A DNA stretch of 63,926 nucleotides, filler included, from Olpidium bornovanus S191 (taxonomy: Eukaryota > Fungi > Olpidiomycota): NCBI GenBank assembly GCA_017911155.1. It is 28 parts of 28 records of this genome, joined end to end, with 100 filler letters (N's around TTAATTAATTAA, not from the genome) between each part and the next. Parts side by side here need not be neighbours in the genome. Positions count along the whole stretch, not along the records: positions 21,869 to 24,986 come from JAEFCI010006923.1; positions 25,087 to 26,655 come from JAEFCI010004697.1; positions 26,756 to 28,264 come from JAEFCI010003517.1; positions 28,365 to 29,869 come from JAEFCI010001691.1; positions 29,970 to 32,286 come from JAEFCI010005239.1; positions 32,387 to 34,755 come from JAEFCI010004160.1; 22 more parts are not named here. One strand, written 5' to 3'. Positions 21,869-33,599 of this stretch are shown here, in pieces. The notes below the pieces were generated by a model. The model was not told the origin of the DNA. It saw only the letters and a program-made list of their open reading frames with translations, and made no database searches. Position 1 is the stretch's first letter; the number at the start of each line of letters is the position of its first letter. The translations under genes were made by a program, and so were the position numbers.

Positions 21869-24800
21869 CATGTATTCCTCGTTTTCCAGCACGTTGATCG
21901 GGACGCCCTCGCCGTCGGCGTGAAAGTAGAGCTTGAGCATCTAACGGGTATGACCAGCGAGGAAGGGGATTTCGTTAGGCTCCGGCGCACGAAACAGGCG
22001 ACCTTCGGGCGGAGGAGGCAAAAGCGGAATAATACAGCGAGAGCGAGGAAGGGACAACGGAGAAAAAGGGACGAGAGAGCGATAAGGGAAAATGAACGAC
22101 GTGACAAGTGCACGCAGATCACCTCGACTGACTTCCCGACGAGAAACACCTCGGCGGGATCGACGCGCCTCGAAATTTTGGTCTCCGCTAGAAGCAGTTC
22201 CACTCTCGCCGCCAATGCGCCAACGAGCTCCCGCCAGAGACCGGTGATCACGTTCAGCGCAAGGGCCGGGTGCAGGCTTTCGTGCAGGGTCGCGAGGTTG
22301 CCGTCCAGGAAGTCCAGGAGCGGGTGCAGTGCTTCGTCGCAGTCGGCGTCGGAGATGGCGAAGCCCTTCGGAGCAAATAAACCGGCCGATGACGGAGATG
22401 GGGAAGCCGCCGACTGCGACCGCGCGGCGCTGGAAGGGAGTAACGCCGGGTTCCTCGACGCATACTTCTTCAGCGGCCGCGTCAGAGTCTCTCGGCTCAT
22501 GAGGTCGCGCGTTCGTGACGAGATCTGGTGATAAACGGAAGACCAATTTCGACGCCGGTTGAGCGCGAACCCGCTCGCGTGCCGCTGCTATTCGACACCG
22601 AGAGCCGGCGGAAAAAAAAAAAAAAAAAAAAAAAAAAACTTCACCCCCTTTCTCGTACCCTCTCGACCATGACCCTGCACAAGTCGTTCCTGGTGTTGCT
22701 GAGTACGCGAGACGCCTTGCCAAACCAGAACCGAACGTCGTCCCTCTCGCCCTTGGCACACACCCTGAGGAGAATACGCCCTTGCGGTTTCAGATCACAC
22801 CACACCTCCTGCGGCAACATATCCAAGAAATCGGCAGCGTCCAGCGTGACGGTAGAGCTCCCGCAGTCATCATCGGTAGTAAACGTATCCCTGTCGTATA
22901 CAGCAATATGGAGGATGGCGCAGGCAGCGAAAGATACCTCAAAGGTCTCCTCCCACCGCGGGTTCAATGTGCCAGATATTACCCGCGTTTGTCCAACTAT
23001 CCGGCTGCTGCTGGCAACCTCATCCGTGCTGAACGCCCGCGTGGAAAGCGCGGGCAAGCTGGAGAATTCCTGCCTCCGCGGTTCTGGTCCCATTTTAAGG
23101 ATCACATAAGGATCCGAAAGCCCATTGCGGTCGCAGGCCTTGAGGTTTTCGGCATGCACTACCTTGATGGTGTACCCTCGTTCTCCCTGTACTTCTCGCT
23201 CATTGCCAGCGCCCGAAGAGATCACGCCCATTTTTGAAAGCCAGTCGCCTGCCCCCGCAACACAGCCGGCATCGAGACGATTATACAGCTCGTCGAGTCT
23301 CGCTCGCGCCGCCTCGAGGTTATTCACTTTCACATACGCTTCTCGCGGGAACAGATCGCCCACCACAGTCCCCGGTTCCTCCTGTCGCCGGTCGGCAGTT
23401 GCGTTCTTTTTGAACCACTTCACCCGCCGGTTGGGATCCAGCGGGCGCTGATGTTGCGCACGCACGTCCTCATGAAACAACCGCGAGAGCGTCTCGGAGT
23501 AGTTTTCAATCGCGGTCTGAATGACCTTCCAGAACCGAGTAAAAATTCTCACCCGCTGCGCGTCATCCGGCCAATAAACCTGTTTAAGGATCTGCAGCTC
23601 CTCGCTGACAAACGTGAACAAGTCCACCGGAGAGGACGAGTGGTACACGTCCGCCAAGATTGCCTGAAACTGGGGGCGGCGCTGTTACACAAGAGACTTC
23701 TCGCAAAAGTACAGGGGGAAGGAATGTAACACTCCACCACACCTTGTCCTGCCGTATGGCAGAAGCCACCCACACGGGTGTCTTCTTTTCGGTGCGCTCA
23801 AGCCAAGCCTCGATATGCGGTATGAACCATGAGTGTAGGTCGACGCTTTTCCCGGAACCGCCCTCTTCCAGTGCCTGCGGCGTGTCGAGGTCCGGCCGTT
23901 TGTACAGACATTGCTGTCTAAGCAGGTCCATCTTGCAAACTCTGTGGTAGAGACCAAAAGCATCCTTCGTTCCGAGGGACGACTCCTCGTCGCTCGCGGA
24001 GATAAAAACGGAGAAGAAATTATCCAGCTCCTGTCCGAAGAACTCGACATAGGTCGCGGCCAACGTGGTTGGGATGTTCACGTCCCTTTGACGTATCACG
24101 CAAAGCGGCCGCTTGGGTAATCTCACCGTAACGAGGAAAATCGCCCGCCGAGGAGAAATGAAACCCTTACCTCATAAGCGGGACTGGGAAACGCTTCATC
24201 AAATCCTGAAGATCTCTGTTGATGGCGTCGGCCAAAATATTCAACCGGGGCACATCCACGAAGAGGGCATCTACTTTGTTTCCTGCGGCCGACCCAGCTG
24301 ACGCCCGAGATACATCTTCTCCTCGAGTCAAAGAAATTTCTCGATCGCTAAGTTCCCTGTAGCGGACAGCGGCCAGCTCGCGTACAGCGCCGTTGACGAT
24401 TCTCGCACGAAAGGCTTTCCGCTTGCATCGGTCTTCAAACGCGCCAGGCCCGCCGACCTTGCGGTCGTTCCATACGGGGTGCTCGTACACCCGCTCGATC
24501 AACGTGGCTAGCGGCTGATAGCAGTCCAGACCAACCTTCTCCCCGTCAGAAGGGTTCCCTAGCTGGTCCAGAGAGGCCAACAGTTCGTCCACAAGGAGCT
24601 TCTCCATCGCCGCCATCGTCTCGGCAAGGTAATCGCAGTATTGCCGCGGCCAATCGTCGGTGGGGCTCGTCTTCGTTGCTTTCTCCACATTGTTGAATGC
24701 CTGACACACCTCGTCAACGTGCAGCAACCTCGCCTTGGCCTTCGTCACCGTCGCTTCAAGTATCGCCACCGCCCGATGTTCGCTTGGTATTCTCCACCAA

Positions 24801-24986
24801 ATAGCCACCTCATTGAGCAGCGCTTTTGATTGTGGAGATAGCGAACTTTTCCCGTCGCCGTTGCCCCCCGTGTTCGCCAAATCGTACTGTAGGCAGACGT
24901 CCACCAGCCTTCTGTACTTTATCAGATGATTGTTGGGAATGAATATGAAGCTGTCTTGCGATACTGTGAAGGAATTCTGTAACATG
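21869..24986 (-). CDS. MUN/C2-domain protein (fungal Unc13-like, Git1/YOR296W type), multi-exon, partial
   Basis: Helical MUN-type blocks (WWRIP..RAVAILE, LHSWFIPHIEAWLERTEKKTPVWVASAIRQDK, HSSSPVDLFTFV, KVNNLEAARARLDELY). C2 domain YTIKVVHAENLKACDRNGLSDPYV...TLNPRWEETF...VYDRD...CDLKPQGRILLRV, then RFWFGKASRVL. Several GT-AG introns. Confidence 0.85.
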
Positions 24987-25085
24987 NNNNNNNNNNNNNN
25001 NNNNNNNNNNNNNNNNNNNNNNNNNNNNNNTTAATTAATTAANNNNNNNNNNNNNNNNNNNNNNNNNNNNNNNNNNNNNNNNNNN

Positions 25086-26277
25086 NCTCGCGGAATTCGA
25101 CATCCCTGACGGCGAGATTCCTCGGTCGGGCGGACCGAGCCCGTTGTCGGCGCTCGTTCTACCGGAATTCCTTTCCTTCTCGTCCAGCCCGCCCTCGAGG
25201 ATGCATGGCGCGGACAATGTGACGGCCCAAGCATCAGAGATGGTGGGTGCAGGTCTCCTAGGCTCCGTCGTCCCAAGGATACGCTCGCGGACGCCGGAAC
25301 CGGATCCTGTTCCGTTGCTCTCCGGAGAAGCGGCCACCATTGACCCCGTTAACGACGCCGGCGCCGGCGACTGTGAGTGGTCACCGAGGGCGCGGCGGTA
25401 CATAACTAGATGCCTCACGAGCTTTCTGATCAACACGTGGTCGTAGTACCGGTACGCCTCTTCCTTCTTCCATTCATCCTTGCCCATAAACGCGTCCAAC
25501 GCGAGTGCGACGGCTTTCCATTCGGAGTATGATTTCGTTTGGCGCAGCTGCATTCGCAGACGGAACTTCCTTCCGCGCCTTGACGCGGCGCAGAAAGTCA
25601 CAATACAGTCCCTCGTGCGGCAGCATAGGAAGAGGGAGCGACGTACCAAAGACAAAAGTACTCATAGAGGTTCACGGTCTGCCGCACCACCACGTAGACC
25701 AGAAGCTCGAAGCCGACGATGCATAAGATGCAGAGCTAAAGCCCCAGTGATGACCGGGATTAACTCTCAAATACTGGCGCAGAACGCGGGCGTTCCGGAA
25801 AAACAGGCAGCTCACCAATACAGGCAACCACAGTATGCGGTAGCTCCATCCTTCGTGGCGGTGGACGCGCTTCCTTCTTCGGCCGACGGGAGCTCCCGCT
25901 GCGCCGTTCGCCGCCGTTTGCTGCTTCTTCCCGCCACCGCCGGAGTATGCAGGGTCGCGACTAAGGCTCGCCCGGCGCGGTGGGGTTCCGCTGCTGCCGT
26001 GGCGCACGTTGGCCTTTAGGCTTCTCCCGAGGGATCGGGAGGTCTCTTTCTTCGGCACGGAGGCGAACGAGTAGGCCGAGGGCGACGTGCCGAGTGGCAA
26101 GCGGGGGCTGCAGTTCCCGCTGTTTTCCGCGTGGTGGTAGTGGTACAGCAGCGACGCGTCAGTGTGCTCGATGGCCTCCCTGAACGCGGCGAGCCCATCA
26201 ACATCCAGGGGCGGCTCGCGCTCCAACTCCGAGGCGATCGCCTGCTGCAGCGAGGAAAGCAGCTCCGCTTCGGTCAT
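25086..26277 (-). CDS. Patatin-like phospholipase/TAG lipase (DUF3336-type N-terminal region), partial
   Basis: YRILWLPV membrane segment and RLRMQLRQTKSYSEWKAVALALDAFMGKDEWKKEEAYRYYDHVLIRKLVRHL, typical of fungal Tgl3/4-like patatin proteins. The catalytic domain lies beyond the contig end. Confidence 0.8.
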
Positions 26278-26487
26278 CGCTCCGGGCAGGCGGGTGGGGG
26301 GGGGGGCGCGTGCTGGAGTTTGGGACTACTCCGGAAAGGACCGCCCACCGTCTCCGCGCTCTTTCGCGGCGGTTCCGCCGGCCTGCACCAGGGGAGGCCG
26401 CTCTTTCTCTCTGCGAGGTTGGCAAGCCCGCGGGGGGAATTCCGCGCGCGCAGCCGGCGGTCGGCGGAGGCGCTGCGAGGCACCAGA

Positions 26488-26528
26488 TCTCTTTCTCTCT
26501 CTGTCTCCCGTCTCTCACTCTCACTCTC

Positions 26529-26604
<76 letters not shown>

Positions 26605-26655
26605 CCCCCTCTCTCTCTCTCTCTCTCTCTTTTTTTCTCTCTCTCTGTCTCTCTC
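26488..26655. repeat. (CT)n microsatellite
   Basis: Directly visible, upstream of the patatin-like gene. Confidence 0.95.
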
Positions 26656-26755
26656 NNNNNNNNNNNNNNNNNNNNNNNNNNNNNNNNNNNNNNNNNNNNT
26701 TAATTAATTAANNNNNNNNNNNNNNNNNNNNNNNNNNNNNNNNNNNNNNNNNNNN

Positions 26756-27050
26756 CATGTTCTGCACCAGCCGCCAATCGAAGTTGTTGTCATTGAGCAG
26801 GATTAATGGGTCACCTCTGGTGACGGTGACCTGGCCATCGAGCGTGGCTGCGAAGGTGTTGTAGCATACCCGAAAGTGAAGTCGATGTTTTCGTCCGGGA
26901 CCGCCGACGCCGACGAGGCACAGGACAGTTACTCCAGGTCTCCTGCCGACAGCTCATTGCTCTCAGCAGCGGCGGCGTCCGCAGCTTCCTCTTCCTTTGT
27001 CTCCCGCCGCCGAGCCGCTGCTACTGCCGCTCCCCTTCGCCGATACTACG
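26756..27050 (-). pseudogene. Decayed fragment of a Tea4/Bud14-type SH3 polarity protein
   Basis: LE*LSCASSASAVPDENIDFTFGYA [1-nt frameshift near 26862] NTFAATLDGQVTVTRGDPLILLNDNNFDWRLVQNM, compared with the family pattern DEDIDFEFVYALHTFVATVEGQ...GD...LLDDSNSYWWLV. In-frame TAA at 26929-26931. Confidence 0.75.
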
Positions 27051-27883
27051 GTCAGATCAACATTCCGCTTCATCGTTGCGGCAGAGAGCGGGGAAGAACG
27101 CTTTTTCTTAGGGTTTGCGGGGCGAAGAACAAAAAAAAAAAAACCAAGGAGGGTTCACGTTGAACCCCCCGGCATTGGCACCTCCGGCAATTGGCACAAT
27201 TGGCACTCCCGCACTGATAATTACGTTTTCTGTTTCCGGCCTCGGCCGGCGACAGAGAACAGTATCTGCAAACGACTATGGGAAACACGTTGTCTGCCTA
27301 TGCCTGGAAAGCTTTACCCCTTTACGGAATGAAGAGGTGAACGCACCTCTCGGCTGACAAACGGTGCAGACCTTCGCGGTCGCCGCGCGGTGGCCTTCAC
27401 GTGGGCGCAGTAGCTCACCGCGAGCGATAAAGTTTCCAAGATCGAACTCGTCTCCGGGAGGGAAGAGAGGGAAGCGGGGGAAGGCCGGAAGCGAGGCTGA
27501 GGCAACAAGCGAGGCCAAACTGCAGGCCGCAACCGGCAACCCGTTCGCTCACTCCGATGAACCCGGCGAACTGTGCCTGACAGCAGGGGGGTTTCCAGAT
27601 GGTAAAGGGTGGATATTATTGCAGTCTACGTCCTTCGGGGATAAACAAATAAGAATAGGTAAACAAAACACGGCGAATTCGCACGCTCAAATGTGCGAGT
27701 AAAATAGACGAAATTACCTGCCGAGTTTCGGTGGCGATTAATATTAGGCGTCCAGGCCCTCCGCTTTTCCGATCTGGGAGAAAGAAAGAGACGGAAAACG
27801 GGAAAAGTCAGTAAGCGGACAGTGGAAGTCAAGAAACAATGGAGCCCAGGCGCGATCGAGCGCAGAGATGCCGGCAAACAAAC

Positions 27884-28186
27884 CATCAGGAGACCGACAA
27901 TCAGGCCAAATAAACGTAGGACGCTAGAAAAAATTTCGATGACCAAAATCTTGACGAAGAGTTGCGGGTCCTGGGCGTCCGCCAGGGCAACGGTGCTTCT
28001 AGTATTGCCGACAGCGATCACAGGTTGCAGGTGCCTACGGTGAGGCCGCCCAAGAAGATTGCGAAGGTGGTGAAGAAGTTTTTGGCGACGAAGGTCATCT
28101 TGCCTGAGTTGCTGTTGCCCATCTTGGACGAGAAGACAAAGGCCATGATGACGCCATAGATGGCGACAACCTCGCAGAAAATGATG
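27884..28186 (-). pseudogene. VMA16: Decayed exon of V-ATPase c'' proteolipid
   Basis: [21 protein letters not shown]...[10 protein letters not shown] [frameshifting deletion at the ICG position] [45 protein letters not shown]. Radical substitutions (W>L, G>R twice). Flanked by CAG and GTTTGT splice-like sites. Confidence 0.85.
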
Positions 28187-28510
28187 CTGATTGGAACGAG
28201 CGCCGCGGTGTCAATAAGTCGCCGGTGGTAAATCAATTCTGTGGATCGTTGTCCTTGGAGAATANNNNNNNNNNNNNNNNNNNNNNNNNNNNNNNNNNNN
28301 NNNNNNNNTTAATTAATTAANNNNNNNNNNNNNNNNNNNNNNNNNNNNNNNNNNNNNNNNNNNNCATGCTTAACGACATCCTCGCCACAATCAACGGGCA
28401 AGTTATTTTCGCCGCCTTAGAGGGCGCCGGTCACCCAGGAATCGGCGATCTTTTGCTGATGTTTTTTTTTTTGCCCCCGCATTTTCTGATCTTTCACACA
28501 TTTTTTGCAG

Positions 28511-29869
28511 GCTCGGGAAGCCTGCACTTCCGCCGCAGCCTGCCGTTCCCCCCACTGTACCCGCGCACGCGAGTGCCCCTTACCGTCCCGACATGCCGGC
28601 TCCCGTAGCACCCTACCGTCCGGTTCCACCTGGGCCGAGCGCGCCGTACCGTCCGGAGATGCCGTTGGTCCCGGCCTCTGCCGACGTGGCCCACACCGGG
28701 TTTTCATCGTACATCACCCAATCCGGCGGCAGGCCCCGGCAGCAGCAGGAGCAGCAGCCGATCGGAGCCGCGGCACAGGTATCGCAAACTGTCGGCAACG
28801 GTCAAGCTTACGCTCTGGCTTCGATGACCGCAGGCCTGGTTCCGCCGCCGCCCGATCCCTCTTCCGTCGGGCACCACCCGTCGTCGTACAGCCGGTTGCC
28901 GCTCGCGGGGCCGCAGGCGCCGTACAATTCGGGGGAGTACCATTCCCAATTGTTGAATTTGCAGGGCTCCTACCGTCAGCAGCCGCCGATGCACAAGGGC
29001 GGCTCGCCGAACCAGCAGAGTTTCTCGTCCGGACAGCAGCGCGCGGCGGCGGCACCTTATGGCCCCCAGGCCGATTTGCCCAGGCCGTTGGAGCTCTCGT
29101 TACAACAACAACAACAACAACAACAGCAGGGCCCATACGGGCAAAACGCGGGTAACGTGGCTCAGAACTCCGTGCAGCTCCTGGCCCACAATCACGGGCA
29201 GTCCGGCGTCTACAAGCATCAACCCGAGGCGTACGGACACTCGGCACCGTCGCAGGCGCCGTCCGGGTACGGCGGCCACGCGGTGCACGGTTACGGCGCC
29301 GGCCAGGCCCCGCACCGACAGCCTCCTCCCGGCGGCGTGCAGCAGGTCGGATACCGCCGGCCCTCCCCGCAGGCGCCGCAGCAGCCGCAGGCGGCGGCGA
29401 CGGACACGGGGTCGCAGAAAATCTTCGGTCAGCAACAGCAGCAGCAGCAGCAGCAGTATGTCCCGCAGAGCGCGCCGTACGGCGCCGCGCAGCAGAACGC
29501 GTTAAACGACAGCCAGGCCGCGGCGCGCGCGTTCGGCGGCCAGGCGGCGCAGGCGTCGCCCAACGTCGACGGCCCGTACGGGCGTTACGGCCAGGGCCCC
29601 CAGGGCAATCCGCCGTACGGGCAGAGCCCGTATCCCCAGCAGCCCCGGGGCGTGCCGGGTCCGGGTCCGGGGGCGCGCGGGCCGGGACGCGGAGAAGGAG
29701 GAGGAGGAGTAGGTGGTGGTGGAGGGGGGGGATGGACCAGGGGCGGCAGCGGCGGCGCGCAGGCCGCCAAGTCTGCCGGTCAGCACCACCAGCACCATCC
29801 GCACCACGGTCACGGTCACGGTCACGCCCACCTCTCGCGGCGGGGGACCACCCTCCACGGCACGGCCGG
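28511..29869 (+). CDS. Pro/Gln/Gly/Tyr-rich low-complexity protein region, partial
   Basis: An open frame of over 430 codons with poly-Q runs and repeated PYG/APYRP units, preceded by a TTTTGCAG acceptor. No globular domain recognised. Confidence 0.65.
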
Positions 29870-30109
29870 NNNNNNNNNNNNNNNNNNNNNNNNNNNNNNN
29901 NNNNNNNNNNNNNTTAATTAATTAANNNNNNNNNNNNNNNNNNNNNNNNNNNNNNNNNNNNNNNNNNNNCCGTTGGGTGTTGGGTCAAAGAACGGGCGGG
30001 TTCTGCGTCGGGTCAGCGGCGAACCGTCTGACTGGCGAGAAAAACGGCCGCCGTTGCTTAACCGGCGAGCCCTCCTGCTCCACATCCATGTCGGCGACGG
30101 TGCTGCCAA

Positions 30110-30385
30110 GGACGGGCTCCTCATCGCCATCCTCGCCGCACGCTTCACATGTCCGGCACGCGGAACACGACCAGTAAGTAGTACGAGGCAATCTGGCCAT
30201 GCATCCGACAGCTCATTTGCAGACAGGCCTAATGGGCCGTTTGATGGCACACTTCACGCGTTACCACGTACCAAGCCGACTTTTCTGCCACTTCTTCTGG
30301 GATCGGCCCAATGACTGTGGGGCGCATGGGCGCCGGCCCACTCTTCCGGGAGCGGGATGGTCTGCTCGCACTCAACGCAGGCCGT
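30110..30385 (-). pseudogene. Decayed double PHD finger (DPF/MOZ-type) fragment
   Basis: CVEC...EVCHQTAH*ACLQM..[frameshift]..YWSCSACRTCEACGEDGDEE follows the pattern C..C...H..CL...W.C..C..C..C...gdE. In-frame TAG near 30229-30231. Confidence 0.55.
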
Positions 30386-30809
30386 GGCTGCGGCAGTCGG
30401 GGGGGGGGGGGCCAAGGGGCCACCCGCACCAAGCGAGGTCGGTGGGGCCGCAAGCGGCACATGGAGCTTGGGCAGTGGCCGCTTGATGCCGGCCGGTGGG
30501 TTCAAACGTCCTGGCAGAATTCGCTGCGCATCCTCCGGTGGGATGAACCGACCACGGTCATCGCTAGCGATGGGTCAGCCGAGGAGGGGGGGGGGGGTCA
30601 GCGATGTTGAATTCGGGTTCGAAGGAGCTGTATTCCGCCGGTTTGCCCGGTTTTATTGGGAGGATTCCAGGGGTGAATTCAGGGGCGTGATGTGCGCAGT
30701 GCATCTCGTTCTCCCCCTTTCCCAACACCCCGCCTCACTGGGCACATCTATCTAACTATCTGAATGACTGGCCATGGCCACTGTCTAAAATGTCCATCTA
30801 CCTTCATTC

Positions 30810-32286
30810 TTATGTAACTTTCTTGAGTCCGGACGGTTTCTCGTTTGCATCTTTGACACACATTCTGAGCCTTTCTCGAAGTCCCGTAAATTTGACACGG
30901 TCCAACGGTTTTGTACAGATGTCTGCGACGTTCTCGGCTGAACTGACCCGCATGATGGCGATGGTGCCATCTGCGGCGCACCTTCTAAGATGATGGTACC
31001 TGATGCCTATGTGCTTGGAGCGTTTGGATGCCTTGACGTCTGCTGCAAGCTCGGCAGCCCCGGAATTTGTCGATGAAGGGCGTAGTTGGCGCTTTGGCCA
31101 CTCTGTCATCCATGCTCTTGAATATTGATCTCAGCCACACGACCTCGTGTGCCGCTGCTGATCCTGCAACAAACTCTGCTTCACACGATGATGTGGCTAC
31201 GTGTACTGTGGAAAGGCAAGTTGCGCTTTCGTGACAACGCAGTCAGGTCCTTGGTCAAAGGAAGTCACAGGGTGAAAGCGTTGTATTCAGGTCAGAGAGA
31301 TAATTAATTTATATTTATTATTTATAGAATTAGTTAATATTATCTAATTTATACTTTATATAGTATATCTATTATTTATACTATTTATATTATATATACT
31401 ATTTATAATTATTAAATCTATTTAATCTAATACTAGTAATACTAGAATAATAGGTTGGTAGACCTGACCTGGTGTTATCTACACAGGTTCTGTCTAGGAT
31501 ATACGTACCAGGTATATAATTATAGCTGATTACTAATTACATTACTCTCACACTAAAGTACGTAAAGTACAGAAGAGTCAAGTCGAAAAGAAGTTCGATG
31601 AGGCAGTACACAGGCGGGGAGGAGGGGTGCTATTTATGCAGAGAGGCGACACGCCGGCGCGCCGCCGTCTGCCTTTCCTGCGCCACTTGCGAAGTACGCG
31701 ACGTCGTCTTTCCCGTAGGCTCCACGCGGACCCGCGCGCCCTCGCTGGTTTCTGCGCGGCGTCCCTGGCCGTGCTCGTGGGCACCGCGCGGACGCGCGGT
31801 CTTGGTTGGCCTCGGGTACTCTTATGCGTCCTCGTCAGGAGGACGTTGACCTTGCGGGGGACCCGCGGGCGGGGTTGACGGTTTTGGGGGGGAGTTGGTT
31901 GTGGCGTCCCCGGGGGGGGGCTAGGGGGAAAAGGGGAAAGCCCCGAGCACCCGAAGAATTAATCCCTGACGAGCGTGGGTTCTCTCCGCATGGCCCCCGG
32001 CGGGTTGCGGGATGTTCGCCCCGACGGGCCGCCGAGCGCGGCGCATCACACTACGCACTTTTGGCGTGCCGATCTCCAGGAGATTGGTTCTCCTTGATAC
32101 ATGGCCACAAATCCCGTCGTTGACGCTCAGGTCTATCGGCAGCCGGCTCAGTCGGAGTCCGTGAACATGACAAGGTCTGTCTCGCATTTCCAACTGTTGT
32201 ATCTGATTCCGGCTTGCATCGAGCCTCGTAGGTAACATAGGATTCGTTTGACTGCTGCCCAGTGTCTTGCGAACGGTTTCGCGCAG
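30810..32286 (-). mobile_element. Degenerate Ty1/Copia RT C-terminus and RNase H, split by a nested insertion
   Basis: 32286-32056 reads HWAAVKRILCYLRGS..GIRY..FTDSD*AGCR*T*ASTTGFV..GEPISWRSARQKCV. 31196-30810 reads ATSSCEAEFVA..EVVWLRSIF..IDNSGAAELA..KRSKHIGIRYHHLR..ENVADICTKPLDRVKF. The two halves join exactly once the insertion is removed. Confidence 0.92.
31202..32050. mobile_element. Solo LTR-like insertion (849 bp, TG...CA) with 5-bp target-site duplication CTACG
   Basis: CTACG at 31197-31201 and 32051-32055. The insertion starts TGTAC and ends TCACA. Removing it with one TSD copy restores K-C-V-A-T-S-S in the Copia RNase H. Confidence 0.85.
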
Positions 32287-32576
32287 NNNNNNNNNNNNNN
32301 NNNNNNNNNNNNNNNNNNNNNNNNNNNNNNTTAATTAATTAANNNNNNNNNNNNNNNNNNNNNNNNNNNNNNNNNNNNNNNNNNNNACGCTAGGAGGCGG
32401 GATTTTTTGTTTCTCTTTAAAGCACGCCCTGACCGGTTGGCTTACCGCTCGACCGTACTTCTTTTTTTCTTTGTTTTTTTTTTTTTTTTCCCCGGCCCTT
32501 TTTTTTGCGTTTTTCCCCCGTTTTTTTTTTTTCCGGGGCGCCGGGGGGGTTTGGGTTTTTTTTTTTTTCCCCCCCC

Positions 32577-32607
<31 letters not shown>

Positions 32608-32719
32608 CCCCGGGCGGGTAGACCAAAATAAAGGCCCGTCAGAAACGAAAGAAAGAAAAACCCGTCCCCTCCGCCCATCCCCTTGTCCCCGTTGTCGTCC
32701 GCGCGGGGACCGTCGAGGG

Positions 32720-32975
32720 ATAAGAAAAAACCGCTCCGGATTCGGGGAGCCCACGCGGCGATCACCTCTCCTGTACTCCGCGACGGCCGCGCGGGCGGCG
32801 GTCCTCGGCGCCGCGTCCGGTCCCGACGAGCCGCCGCCGGCGGCGGCGGTGGCGGAAGCGTTCTGCTTTCCAGGGGGAGCGGGCGGCCGCAACACCTGCT
32901 CCAGGCACTCCCGCAGGCTCGCGTCGAGGTCGCGCAAAAGGCCCAGCAGGGCGTCGGCTTGCTGCTCTCCGTCCA
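32720..32975 (-). CDS. Hypothetical protein, first exon
   Basis: MDGEQQADALLGLLRDLDASLRECLEQVL..., an amphipathic helix after a poly-A leader, followed by a possible GTGATC donor. Family not recognised. Confidence 0.4.
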
Positions 32976-33566
32976 TTTTTTTTTTTTTTTTTTTTTTCCC
33001 TCGCCGCGAGGGCCACGGCGGAGCACAGGTCACCACACCCGCTTTTCCCCTTTCGGGCGAAGGGGGCCGGTGGTCACGTGCCAACGCCGTTTTCGCTTAA
33101 ATTCCGCATTTTGCCCGTTCCCAAGCCACGCTTCCCCCTTTCTCCCCGCCCAAAAAAGAACCCCTTTAAACCTCTTATCCCGGGCTCCCATGCCGCGGGC
33201 GCGCCACTAACCCAGTTGAATCGCGGAGATTGCGCTCCAGCTGACGCAACATCTGAATTGGCCGTTGGGTCAGATTTTAAGCATTGTTGGGATTTCTTAG
33301 CAGCCTGGAGGGATGTTGCTGCCAATTAGTTACATGTGCTCCTGGGTCCCGAGCGGAAAACTGACTGCCAGAAGGCGGCTATGGAACCAACATGTTTTGC
33401 GGGATATATCGGCGGCCGAACGGAATGCAATTGGGGTTTGATTTGACTGTAAACGCAACCGCTACTCTGCTCAGGTCCCCATACCCTACCCCACCTCGCT
33501 CGGGCGCGCGGACATCGCGAAGACGGCCCGACTGCAAAACGTGAAACGTGAAACTCTTCCTTTTTT

Positions 33567-33598
<32 letters not shown>

Positions 33599-33599
33599 G

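Noticed and set aside
31921-32238. ORF with an LRR-like LDASRNQIQQL segment
   Set aside because: It is an alternative frame of the Copia RT/RNase H remnant.
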